A DNA stretch of 64,000 nucleotides from Candidatus Latescibacterota bacterium (GTDB lineage Bacteria > Latescibacterota > UBA2968 > UBA8231): assembly GCA_965205655.1 (NCBI GenBank), contig CBDBIJ010000022.1, positions 21,758 to 85,757 of the forward strand, read 5' to 3'. The notes beneath the pieces are model-generated. The model saw nothing but the letters and a program-made list of their open reading frames with translations. It made no database searches and was not told the origin of the DNA. Positions within the stretch are counted from its first letter, which is position 1. Each line of letters begins with the position of its first letter. Shown here piece after piece: positions 46,054 through 55,945 of the stretch. A program made the translations under genes and the position numbers.

Positions 46054-48242
46054 GTGACCTCCACGACCGACACCGCTGCCGATCGCAGAAAGCTCGGCGC
46101 CTTCATCGGCGTCTTCACGCCCTCGATTCTGACCATCCTCGGCGTCATCATGTACCTGCGCGCCGGTTGGGTAATAGGCAACGCCGGGCTGCTGCCCACC
46201 TTTGGCATCGTCGCCCTGGCCAACGCCATCACCTTCGTCACCGCCCTTTCTATCTCCGCCGTCGCCACCAACATGCGGATCGGCCTGGGCGGTCCCTACT
46301 ACATCATCTCCCGCAGCCTCGGGCTGGAGATTGGGGGCGCTATCGGGCTTCCCCTGTACCTGTCGCAGATCCTCTCTGTGACACTCTACAGCTTCGGGTT
46401 TGCGGAATCACTGCGGTTCGTGTGGCCGGAAGTTCCCGTCCAGCCCGTCGCCGTGGCGACCATCATTGTCGTCACGCTCATCTCGATTCGCGGTGCCGCC
46501 CTGGCGCTGAAGCTTCAGCTGCCGATCATGCTCGCTGTCGGTCTCTCGCTCCTGTCACTGGCGGCAGGAGCTTCCTTCGAGCACAAGGTTCCCGTCTTCT
46601 GGAGTGACTACGCCGGCAGCGACGGGTTCTGGGACGTATTCGCCGTGTTCTTTCCCGCCGTTACCGGTATCATGGCGGGAGTGGCCCTTTCCGGCGACCT
46701 GCGCGACCCGCAGAAGGCTATCCCGAGGGGCACACTCGCCGCTGTCGGGGTAGGCTTCGTCGTTTACCTGGCCGTGCCCGTCATTCTCGCCTTCAATGCC
46801 ACGCCAGATGCGCTGCTCTCAGACAGCCTCGTCTGGACTGAGGTCGCGGTGGTGCCCGCCCTGGTCCTGCCCCGGTCTGTGGGGGGCGATCATCTCATCG
46901 GCGATGGGCAGCATCCTGGGAGGGCCGCGCACACTTCAAGCCCTGGCGCAAGACCGAATCGCACCGCGATTCTTCGGACGCCGTCGGCTCAAGACGGGAG
47001 AGTCCGCCGTATCCATCGCCGTGTCTGCCGCTATCGCCGTGGCCGCGGTGCTCCTGGGTGGGCTCAACGCCGTCGCCATGCTGGTGACCATGTTCTTCCT
47101 CACCACCTACGGCATGGCGAACCTCGTCGCCGGGCTCGAAAAGCTCGTCGCCGATCCGTCCTACCGGCCCAGTCTCAAAGTGCCGGGGGCCGTGTCTCTG
47201 GCAGGGGCGGTAGCCTGCTTCTGGGTCATGTTCGTCATCAGCGCTCCGGGATGTGTTATCGCCATTGCCGTCGAGCTGGGGGTGTGGGGATGGCTCAAAC
47301 GGCGGTGAGTGCGCAGCACCTGGGGCGACATGCGCCGAGGGCTGTGGATGACGCTGACGCGCTATGCCCTCGTCCAGCTGCGCTCTCTGCCTGAGAACCC
47401 GCGCAACTGGCGCCCGCACCTGCTGCTCTTGGCCGGAGATCTGCAGAAGCGCATCGGCCTGCTCCGCTTTGCCTCGTGGCTCAACCAGGAGCGCGGCATC
47501 ATGACGGTGTGCAACCTGGTAGTTGCTGACCGCGGCGGCGAAGAGAATCCGCCGGTACTCGAACAGGAAGAGGAGATGAGCGCCTTCCTCGAAGAGCGCG
47601 GCGTCATGGCGTTCAGCGAAGTCAACGTCGTCGACACTTTCGAGTCGGGCGTCGTGCACCTGGCGCAGGCCAACGGAATCGGCGGCGTGCGTTGCAACAC
47701 CTTGATGCTCGGGTGGACGGAAGATCCCCAGCGCATGGCCGCCTACTTCCGTATCATGCGCCGCGTGCGCCAGCTGCGCGGCCTGTCGATCATCATCTGC
47801 CGTCTGGAAGCGCGCAGCACCTTCGAGTGGAAGGAGCGGATTGATATCTGGTGGAGGGGCAGGCAGTCGAACGGCGACCTCATGCTGATGCTGGCCTATC
47901 TGCTGTCTCTCAACCCGGAGTGGGACGGCACCTCGATTACGGTCAAGAGTGTCGCCAGCAGCGAGACGGCCCGCGACGGGAATCGAGAAGGATCTCGAGA
48001 AGCTCATACCGAGATCCCGCATTCCCGCCGAAAGTCAGGTTATTCTCAAACCGTCCGATCAGACTGTGGCGCAGGTCATGCACGAACATTCGGCAGAGGC
48101 CGAATTGGTATTCATGGGCCTGCTCGAGCCCGACCCCGGCACCGAAGTCGATTACGCCAAACGCCTGCTGGAGATATCCGAGGGATTCCCCAGCGTCGTA
48201 CTCGTGCGCAACGCGGGCGAGTTTGTGGGCCAGCTCGTGTGA
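46054..48242 (+). pseudogene. SLC12-type cation-chloride cotransporter homolog (APC superfamily) with C-terminal cytoplasmic domain, in four pieces
   Basis: N-terminus RKLGAFIGVFTPSILTILGVIMYLRAGWVIGNAG. First frame change at the C4 run 46870-46873 (..VVPALVLP | GLWGAIISSAMGSILGGPRTLQALA..). In-frame TGA at 47306-47308 (..GWLKRR*VRSTWGDMRRGLW..NWRPHLLLLAG..). A further frame change near 47965-47985 (..VKSVASSE.. | ..IEKDLEKLIPRSRIPAESQVIL..). Confidence 0.75.
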
Positions 48243-48278
48243 GAGGCGCGTCCTCGCGCGCGTTCAGCCGACGCCCCG

Positions 48279-49421
48279 TCAGCTGGGGTTCCAGACCCTC
48301 TCGAATAGATTCAGCCAGTTCCCGCCGAGCAGCTTGACCATATCCTCCGCCCCGTACCCCCGCTTCATCAGCGCATCGGCCAGGTTCGGAAACTCCGCCG
48401 GACTGTCGATCCCCTTCGGTTGAAAACTGAGCTCGGTGTAACGCACCGTCGGGTCGGCGAATGTCGATGGGTACTTCGTTCCCTGCTGGGATGTGATATA
48501 GTGCCAGAACTCAAGCGGTTGATCGTGCGTCGAATCGGTGCCGATGGCCACGTGATCGATGCCGATCCGCTGCACCATGTCGTCGATGGCGTCGACGAAG
48601 TCCTCCACTGTCGAATCGAACCCTTTGGGCAGAAAGCTGGCGAATGACGTCGCTCCCACGAGGCCGCCTTTTTCGGCCACAAGCCTCAGCGCATCCTCTT
48701 CTTTGTTGCGCGGATGGTCGCAGAAGCTGCGCGCGTTGGCATGCGTAATGGCTACCGGCTGCTCCGACAGTTCGGTCGCATCCATCGTCGTCTTCGGGCC
48801 CACGTGCGACAGATCGATCACAATGCCCAGCTGATTCATCTCGCGCACTGCGTCGACGCCGAAGTTGGTCAGGCCGCAGTCGTTGCGCTCCCAGCAGCCG
48901 CTGCCGAGCAGGTTGCACTCGTGGTAGGTCAGCTGAATGACACGCACCCCTAGTGTGCTGTCGCAGAGATTACTTTAATAAGTTTGTAGGCCCTGAGGCT
49001 GCACGTTCTCTCTGGTAAGCCGACGGGCCAAACCGCTTTGAGGCTCGATACTAATGCAACAAATTTCCGCGACGCCACACTAGCGTGTGGAATATTCCCA
49101 GTCTATCGAGCTCGTTCTCTATCGGGAGGCGTTCTGAAAGCTGAGAACGATCCCGGTCTTGTCCGCCTGCTTCGCGGTCCGAATATCCGCCGTTTCCTTC
49201 ACCTGCAGTATGTCACCGCGTTGGCGAAAACGCCGCATCCACACCGACAGGTGTGCCATCGTCTGCACGAAATTCTCCCACGTCGCGACTGTGGCACTGA
49301 TGGCGGTGATGTTGCCGGCCCGCAACCGCTCGAACACGGCGTCGCTCTCCCAGTTGCTGACGCTCAGTCCATCGATGACGACTGCCTCGTCGTAGATCTT
49401 TCTCGCTTCACTCGGCATCAT
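48279..49421 (-). pseudogene. Membrane dipeptidase (peptidase M19), interrupted by a MITE and frameshifted
   Basis: N-terminus MMPSEARKIYDEAVVIDGL... (AAGGAG RBS) reaches ..SFQNAS. The frame changes at the G3 run 49124-49126 into PIENELDRLGIFHTL, which stops at the MITE. It resumes as GVRVIQLTYHECN...IDLSHVG...ITHANARSFCDHPRNK... Confidence 0.8.
48951..49082. mobile_element. 128-bp MITE with IS630-type ends, plus TA target duplications
   Basis: C-TA-[GTGTGCTGTCGCAGAGATTAC...CAAATTTCCGCGACGCCACAC]-TA-G. The first 15 nt are identical to the rc of the right end of the IS630 copy at 4766-4780. No ORF. Confidence 0.85.
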
Positions 49422-49623
49422 CTTTACTCCTTGCTACGGAATGCGCTCGTCCGGGTGGGTGATCGTTATGAGAAGACCGGTCGGAAGGCTTCAATGCGGG
49501 CGCTGCAGCAGATATACATCATGTTGCAGGAGTTCTCCTTCTCGACAAATCGCCGGCCCGGAGCCATACTAAGCGGCCTTATCTCGTATCTCTGACCGCC
49601 GATCTCGGCCCGATGGCGAATCC

Positions 49624-50814
49624 ATGAAGATAACATCCGTCAAAACCTATCCGTTCTCCGTACCGACCGGCCAGGAAACTCGTGATCCTGGAACCGGCGA
49701 GTTGATTTGCAGCACTCACAAGAGCTGGCTCTTTCTGAAGCTGGAAACGGATGCCGGAATCAGCGGCTGGGGCGAAGGCAGCGGCGAGTGGCTCGTAGCG
49801 CCCGTCGAGACGCAGCTGCTGGAGCTCGTTCCGCTCTTGCTCGACCGGGATCCGACTCAGGTGGAGGTGCTGACCGACGACATTTGCAACTTCGCCCCAT
49901 GGAAAGGCGGGCCCATTATCGGCACCGCTGTGGCCGCCATCAATATGGCGTTGTACGACATTGCCGGTAAGGCCTGGGGCGTGCCCGTGCACACGATTCT
50001 TGGCGGCAAGCGCCGCGACCGCATTCAAGTCTACGGCAGCGGCGGACTCGTCGAAAGCTCGCCGGACGAGGCGGCGGAGACCGCAAAACGGCATATTGCG
50101 AAAGGCTACGCCGGCGTTAAGGGCAATCCTCTCGAATCGCGGCGCGCGCCTATGGATATGGCGGCAATCGATCGCAGCCTCGAGTGTATCGCCGCGGTGC
50201 GGGAAGCGATTGGACCCGAGGCGGCGATCCTGCTCGACACCCACGGGAGCCCTACCCCTGAACTGAGCATCGAGTTCGCGCGACGCATCGCCCCCTACTC
50301 CCCGATGTTTCTCGAAGCACCGGTCAAGGTCGGGTCCGTCGATGCCCTCGTGGACGTCACCCGGCGCAGCCCGGTCCCTGTTGCGACAGGTGAGCAGTTG
50401 TTTGCCGTCAGGGAATTCGAAGAGCTGATCGAGCGTCGCGCCTGCGCCTTTCTGCAGCCGGACATCACGCACTGTTTCGGCATCACCGCCTTTCGCGAGA
50501 TTGCGCAGAGAGCGGGTCGACAGCAGATGCTGATGGCACCGCACAATGTGGCGGGCCCGGTTGGAAACGCGGCAGCTTACCATGCGTGTGCGGCCACCCC
50601 CAATTTTCTGATTCTGGAAATGAACCCGGCGTATTTCGACAGGTTCGACACCTATGCCGAACACGACTGGCGCATTGAGGATGGCTACATAAACGTCAGT
50701 GACCGCCCGGGCCTGGGGCTCGAAGTGAAGGAAGCGGACATCGCCAAACTCCCGTTCCAGCCGATGGCGTTCCGTCAGTACCGCCATGCCGACGGCAGCT
50801 GGAAGGGGTGGTGA
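49624..50814 (+). CDS. Mandelate racemase / muconate lactonizing enzyme family (enolase superfamily; galactonate-dehydratase-like)
   Basis: MKITSVKTYPFSV...LFLKLETDAGISGWGE..., then ..LLDTHG.., ..FLEAP.., ..ATGE... Confidence 0.88.
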   Translation: MKITSVKTYPFSVPTGQETRDPGTGELICSTHKSWLFLKLETDAGISGWGEGSGEWLVAPVETQLLELVPLLLDRDPTQVEVLTDDICNFAPWKGGPIIGTAVAAINMALYDIAGKAWGVPVHTILGGKRRDRIQVYGSGGLVESSPDEAAETAKRHIAKGYAGVKGNPLESRRAPMDMAAIDRSLECIAAVREAIGPEAAILLDTHGSPTPELSIEFARRIAPYSPMFLEAPVKVGSVDALVDVTRRSPVPVATGEQLFAVREFEELIERRACAFLQPDITHCFGITAFREIAQRAGRQQMLMAPHNVAGPVGNAAAYHACAATPNFLILEMNPAYFDRFDTYAEHDWRIEDGYINVSDRPGLGLEVKEADIAKLPFQPMAFRQYRHADGSWKGW

Positions 50815-50844
50815 AACAACCACAAACCCGATGGTTTCCCACCT

Positions 50845-52272
50845 ATGACATCCGGCTTCGAACGGGCGATCGACACTGTTTCGCGCATCAGGAGCAAAGA
50901 CGTCAGCGCGGGAGAGATCCTGGAGGAGCATCTCTCTCGGATCAGCCGGGTCAATCCCGAGGTCAACGCCATCGTGACCTTGACGGCCGAACAGGCGATG
51001 GCCGATGCCGACGCGGCCGACGAGGCGATTGCCAGGGGTGAGCCACTGGGCCCTCTCCACGGCCTGCCGGTCGCCCACAAAGATCTCGTCCCCACCAAAG
51101 GCGTTCGCACCACCCTCGGCTCACCGATCTACGCGGACGACATCCCCGACCACGACGGCCTCATCGTCGAGCGCATCAAGCGGGCCGGGGCCATTACCGT
51201 CGGCAAGACGAACACCCCGGAATTCGGCGCGGGATCACAAACCTTCAACGAAGTCTTCGGCGAAACCAGGAATCCCTACGATCTGTCGAAAACCTGCGGC
51301 GGCAGCAGCGGCGGAGCAGCCGTGGCGCTCGCCTGCGACATGGTGCCGATTGCCGATGGCAGCGACCTCGGCGGTTCCCTCAGAAACCCGGCGAATTTCT
51401 GCAACGTCGTCGGCTTTCGCCCCTCGCCGGGACGGGTTCCGATATGGCCGGCCATCGCAGCATGGTTTCCACTGTCGGTCCAGGGACCAATGGCCCGCAC
51501 GGTGGAGGACGCGGCCCTCCTGCTCAGCGCCATCGCCGGACCCGATCCGCGGTCTCCCATCTCGATCGAGGAATCGGGAGATCGGTTCCGCGAACCGCTC
51601 GACCGCAATTTCAATGGAACGCGCGTCGCCTGGAGCCGCGACCTTGGCGGGCTACCGATCGATCCTCGCGTCACCGAGACGATCGAGGCGCAGCGTCACG
51701 TCTTTGAGGGGCTGGGGCTCGACATCCAGGACGGCGAGCCGGATTTCAGCGGCGCCGACGAAGCGTTCCGGGCCTGGCGGGCGTGGCGCTTCGAGCTCGC
51801 CCACGGCGATCTACTCGACGAGCACCGGGACCAGATAAAGGACACGGTCATCTGGAACGTCGAGGCGGGCCAGAAACTGACCGGTCACGACATTTCACGG
51901 GCCGAACAGAAGCGCACCGAGCTCTATCATCGCCTGCGCGAATACATGGACACCTGCGAGTTTCTGATCTGTCCCGTCAGCCAGGTTCCCCCATTCGACA
52001 TCGACAAGCGCTACGTCACCGAGATCGACGGGGTTCAGCTCGAAACCTACATCGACTGGATGAAGTCATGCTACTACATCTCGGTGACCGGACACCCGGC
52101 GATTTCCGTTCCCTGTGGTTTCACATCGGACGGCCTTCCCGTAGGCGTTCAGATCGTCGGCCGTCACCACGACGACTTCGGCGTCCTCCAGCTCGCCTAC
52201 GCCTTTCAGGAAGCGACTGGATTCTGGAAGCAGCGTCCTCCCGTTGCCCAACTCCCCCCTGTCGCCAACTAA
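50845..52272 (+). CDS. Amidase (amidase-signature family)
   Basis: ..LHGLPVAHKDL.., ..GGSSGGAAVALA....ADGSDLGGSLRNPA... Confidence 0.88.
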   Translation: MTSGFERAIDTVSRIRSKDVSAGEILEEHLSRISRVNPEVNAIVTLTAEQAMADADAADEAIARGEPLGPLHGLPVAHKDLVPTKGVRTTLGSPIYADDIPDHDGLIVERIKRAGAITVGKTNTPEFGAGSQTFNEVFGETRNPYDLSKTCGGSSGGAAVALACDMVPIADGSDLGGSLRNPANFCNVVGFRPSPGRVPIWPAIAAWFPLSVQGPMARTVEDAALLLSAIAGPDPRSPISIEESGDRFREPLDRNFNGTRVAWSRDLGGLPIDPRVTETIEAQRHVFEGLGLDIQDGEPDFSGADEAFRAWRAWRFELAHGDLLDEHRDQIKDTVIWNVEAGQKLTGHDISRAEQKRTELYHRLREYMDTCEFLICPVSQVPPFDIDKRYVTEIDGVQLETYIDWMKSCYYISVTGHPAISVPCGFTSDGLPVGVQIVGRHHDDFGVLQLAYAFQEATGFWKQRPPVAQLPPVAN

Positions 52273-53261
52273 GCGTAGACCGCGTCTTTGCTCCACATTG
52301 CGTATCCGATCCCGGTCGAGAACTCCTCGAACCCGATCTCTTCACAAATCTTTCCCAGGCCGTCGTCCGTTGCGGCGACGCTGACGTCGACGATACGGGC
52401 CGACTCCTCGCCATTCAGTCTTGCGACCGAATGCGCCAGGAGCTGACTTCGCAGACGCGGGTGCTCGAGCTCGGGATCGACGCGCGGAAAGGTTACGCTG
52501 CTGAACTCGGAGCCGTTCCTGAGTGCGGATGCGGCATACCCGACGACGCGTCCGCCCCGCTCGGCGACGAGAAACTCGCTGGATTCCGCTTCCCATTCAG
52601 ACCGCAGCCCTTCCAGACAACGCTGCTGCCAGGACTTCCCGCCCAGGAGGCCGAACATGTCTTCGATGATCTTTTCCTTGCTGAACAATGCCATGGGGTC
52701 CCGAATGGCGATGTCGCAAATGCGTTCCAGATCACTTGGCTCTGAGGTCCTTATCGCCGCGTCGCCAGGCTCCGCATCCGGGCTGCCTGCATTCAACAGG
52801 TGCTTCCACGTCGAATAGCCCGCCTGCCCCGACACTTCCGTGAAACCCACCTTCTCGTAGACGCGGCGAGCCGGTCGATCGTGGACCATGGTCGAGACGA
52901 AGAGGATTTCATGGGACTCGGCTTCGACCAGCTCGCGGACCACCCTTTTTACCAGGAGTGTTCCGATTCCTCGGCCCTGATATTCGGGATCGACTGCATT
53001 CGCTCCGATCTGTCTCGTACCGTATTCCTCACAAGCGCAGTGACTGCTGTAGCCCGCAACCCCTCCTTCGTCCTCGGCAACGAAAACCTTGTCCAAGTTT
53101 TGCTCGCAGAACCTTCGAACCGACGCCGCCTTGTCCTTGACGCCGCCACCGATGTCATAGCGCTCCTTTATCGCCTGAGCCGCGCAATAGGGCCCAAATG
53201 AAAGCTGCGTGATCTCGTAGATCCGATCCAGGTCTCCTGTGACAGCTTTCCTGATGTTCAT
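52269..53261 (-). CDS. Tandem-GNAT N-acetyltransferase
   Basis: Two GNAT cores (..VDPEYQGRGIGTLLV.. and a second, degenerate one). I prefer ATG 53261 (MNIRKAVTGDLDRIYEI). Converges on the amidase with a 4-nt overlap. Confidence 0.75.
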   Translation of the reverse strand: MNIRKAVTGDLDRIYEITQLSFGPYCAAQAIKERYDIGGGVKDKAASVRRFCEQNLDKVFVAEDEGGVAGYSSHCACEEYGTRQIGANAVDPEYQGRGIGTLLVKRVVRELVEAESHEILFVSTMVHDRPARRVYEKVGFTEVSGQAGYSTWKHLLNAGSPDAEPGDAAIRTSEPSDLERICDIAIRDPMALFSKEKIIEDMFGLLGGKSWQQRCLEGLRSEWEAESSEFLVAERGGRVVGYAASALRNGSEFSSVTFPRVDPELEHPRLRSQLLAHSVARLNGEESARIVDVSVAATDDGLGKICEEIGFEEFSTGIGYAMWSKDAVYA

Positions 53262-53298
53262 GATCCGGTTCCGCCTGGCGTCCTCACACCATGAGCCG

Positions 53299-55473
53299 CT
53301 AAGTGCGACCTCCACGATGGTCGCGCAGCTGAATCGCCTCGGCTGCCGTCGACAGCAGCTCGGGAACCCTGAAGGGCTTCTTCAGACAAAAGTCGAAGTG
53401 TGCCAGTCGGGGATCGGTCTCGCCGATGTCCCAACCGGTAACCAGAATCGTGGGCAGCGTTGCGTCTCGCGAGCGCAGGGTCTGCGCCAGTGCATCGCCC
53501 GGCAGGCCGGGCATGCCCAGGTCGATCAGTGCGGCATCGAACCATCCTGAGTTGAATTCGTCAAGTACGGCCGCGGCGTTGTCGTGGGATGACACCTCGT
53601 GTTTGCCCGAAAGGACTTTCACCATGAACTCCCTCGCCGTATCGTCGTCCTCGACGACGAGCAGTCGACCACTGCGAACCGGCGCCTGTTCCTTCGCCGG
53701 CGGCAGCTCGTCATCTTCGGCTGCGACAGGCAGCCTGATTGTGAACTTGGAACCGATACCCGGTGAGCTCTCGATCTCGACGGATCCCCCCCAACTGTTC
53801 ACCGTATTATAAACGGTGTACAGTCCAAGTCCCGTGCCGACTGCCGCTTTCGTCGTAAAGAACGGCTCGAAGATCCGACGCTGCGTGCTGGTGTCCATCC
53901 CCACACCCGAGTCTTCCACACTGAGCAGCACGTCTTCACCGTCTGCCCTGAGGCACAGTGTGAGTGAGCCTCCCTGGGGCATTGCGTCGATGGCGTTGAA
54001 CAGCAGGTTGAGCAGGACATCGTGGAGTCCCGTTTCAGTCCCCCGGACGAGGGGTACCGACTCATCTAAGTGCGTGATCATCTTGATCGTCGATCCTTCT
54101 GCTTCGGCAGCGTCCTTCCAGCGAGGTCGGGCCGATTCCACGGCGCGCTTTACCGCCGCTGTCGCCGACACCGCGCCCCCTTCTTCCTCTCTCTTGTGAG
54201 GTAGCGCACCGTGCAGCTGACGCACGAGTTCGGCGGCCCGTGTCGCGGAGAACATGATCGCGTCGATCTGTTTTTTCGCCCCGGGATCCTTGACTTGGTC
54301 CTGCAGGATCTCCGCCGGGATGAGTATCCCAAGCAGCATATTGTTGAGGTTGTGACTGACGCCGGCCGCCATCTCGCCCAGCGCGCGCAGCCGTTCGAGG
54401 CGCACCATCTCGCGCTCGGCTTGCGCGAGCTGCTTCAACATGTCGTTGATCGTCGTCCCCAGATCGGCGAGCTCGTCCGATCCTGATACGGAGACGGCGG
54501 CCTCGAGATCCTTCTCTTCGCCGACTTTGCGAACACTTTGGCCGAGGTCGGCGAGTCTCCTCAGGACTGTGCCCTCGAGGAGCAGCACGGTAACTGCGGC
54601 GAAAAAGACGCCTGCCACCGCCACTGCAGTTATCAGGTACCGAACTGTGAGCAGCCCCTGCTGGTATATTTCGCGTGTCGTCTCCACGCGCAGTAGGACG
54701 GCATCCCGATCGTACAGATCCTTCATGATCGTGTACCCGGCCAGCCTGGTGTCGCTCAACGGCTGAACATGAATGCGCGATTCCGGGCCCAGTGCCGATC
54801 GGGCCTCCTGGTAGTCGGGCTCGAGCGTGCCCTTATCGAGCCGTTCCCGCGACAATGAAAGCTGAGTGATGGACTGCAGTCGCTCTACCTCGTGATCGTC
54901 GAGGTAACGTCCCATGATCACAACGCCTCGGATGGGGCCTTCGTGTTCGCTGGTCACAATGGGGCGCGCTGCGATGAGCATTGGAGCGTCCGGCAACAGC
55001 ACGATCCCAGTTCGTTTGCTGAGAGGTTCGGGCAGTCCCAGCAAACCGGTCTCGGTCAGATGTTCGGAAAAGGAAAGCGGGACCTGGACGCGCTTGTCCG
55101 CGCTCAAGTCGTAGCCCTTTTGAAAAACTACCTTGCCTTCCAGGTCGACTATGGCTATCAGATTGATGCGCAAACTCGCTACGGCGAGTGTCGCGTCCAC
55201 CAGGTTGGACTCTATGAACTCTTCGTTCGCATCGACGACGAATTCGTAGGTGTCATCCCAGCCGGACCAATCGATTGCCGTCCTGCTGAGGTAGCTTATC
55301 TCCGCTTCGATGGCCGCAACAGCCTGCCGTACCTGCCGCTCGGCAGCCTCCCTCTCGACTTGACGGAATCCATCCAGAAGGATGGTTTGTCCCAATGCGT
55401 ACAGACTGGCCACGAGTGCCAGTGTTGTGAGGGCGACGATCAGAAGCGTTTTCTGACGCAGACTCATGGTCAT
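53299..55473 (-). CDS. Hybrid sensor histidine kinase (N-terminal TM, extracytoplasmic CHASE4-like sensor, HAMP, HisKA, HATPase_c, REC)
   Basis: TM helix LLIVALTTLALVASLYAL. H-box GEMAAGVSHNLNN. N/G boxes ..LLNLLFNAIDAM.., ..DSGVGMD.., ..GTGLGL... C-terminal REC (LLVVEDDD...DLGMPG..). The sensor-domain assignment is tentative. Confidence 0.85.
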   Translation of the reverse strand: MTMSLRQKTLLIVALTTLALVASLYALGQTILLDGFRQVEREAAERQVRQAVAAIEAEISYLSRTAIDWSGWDDTYEFVVDANEEFIESNLVDATLAVASLRINLIAIVDLEGKVVFQKGYDLSADKRVQVPLSFSEHLTETGLLGLPEPLSKRTGIVLLPDAPMLIAARPIVTSEHEGPIRGVVIMGRYLDDHEVERLQSITQLSLSRERLDKGTLEPDYQEARSALGPESRIHVQPLSDTRLAGYTIMKDLYDRDAVLLRVETTREIYQQGLLTVRYLITAVAVAGVFFAAVTVLLLEGTVLRRLADLGQSVRKVGEEKDLEAAVSVSGSDELADLGTTINDMLKQLAQAEREMVRLERLRALGEMAAGVSHNLNNMLLGILIPAEILQDQVKDPGAKKQIDAIMFSATRAAELVRQLHGALPHKREEEGGAVSATAAVKRAVESARPRWKDAAEAEGSTIKMITHLDESVPLVRGTETGLHDVLLNLLFNAIDAMPQGGSLTLCLRADGEDVLLSVEDSGVGMDTSTQRRIFEPFFTTKAAVGTGLGLYTVYNTVNSWGGSVEIESSPGIGSKFTIRLPVAAEDDELPPAKEQAPVRSGRLLVVEDDDTAREFMVKVLSGKHEVSSHDNAAAVLDEFNSGWFDAALIDLGMPGLPGDALAQTLRSRDATLPTILVTGWDIGETDPRLAHFDFCLKKPFRVPELLSTAAEAIQLRDHRGGRT

Positions 55474-55642
55474 CTCGAGATTTGGGAGCGGCGAATGTAT
55501 CCGGTTTGATCACACCTGTCCAGATTCACCCGAGTTCCTCCGGCGAGTCGAACTTGGCGTCCGGCGAAGATGATGTACCTTTGAATCTCATGCTTTCGAG
55601 CGCCCCTCTCAACATACGGTCCGTCGACCGCGAGCCGCCCGA

Positions 55643-55945
55643 ATGTCTGAATCCACTCCACAGATTGTCTCGATAAACAAGATCTGGGATCACGGCACCC
55701 ACAACGCCTTCACCGATCTCCTCCGCGTTACCGACCGGTGGCGGCCGGCACGAGGACGGAGGTCGCGCCATGGTCCTGGCGCGCATGACGAAGGACAGCT
55801 ACGAGCCGGTGTTGGGCTTGCCGAGCGGGGGCGATTGCAGCTACCCCGGCATGGTCGTGTACGACGGTCTTCTCTGGATGAGCTACTACTCCTCTCACGA
55901 GGGCAAGACCAGCATCTACCTGGCGCGCATCCGGTGTAATCGATG
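55643..55945 (+). pseudogene. Internally deleted remnant of a sialidase-like (BNR-type) gene
   Basis: N-terminal 33 codons MSESTPQIVSINKIWDHGTHNAFTDLLRVTDRW are joined out of frame to a family-typical C-terminus ..AMVLARMTKDSYEPVLGLPSGGDCSYPGMVVYDGLLWMSYYSSHEGKTSIYLARI... The ~250 aa normally between them are missing. Confidence 0.55.

Noticed and set aside
47306-47308. The in-frame TGA read as selenocysteine, and the TAG at 34777-34779 read as pyrrolysine or reassigned
   Set aside because: Neither position corresponds to a redox-active or catalytic site. I saw no SECIS-like hairpin directly downstream of the TGA. TAG and TGA both serve as ordinary stops for other genes in this window, for example TAG for the IS630 transposase and TGA for the amidase. 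Nonsense mutation is the simpler reading.
49579-51078. 499-aa minus-strand ORF
   Set aside because: It is antisense to the enolase-superfamily and amidase genes, both of which have clear family motifs. Its Arg/Ala/Gly-rich low-complexity composition is typical of high-GC shadow ORFs.
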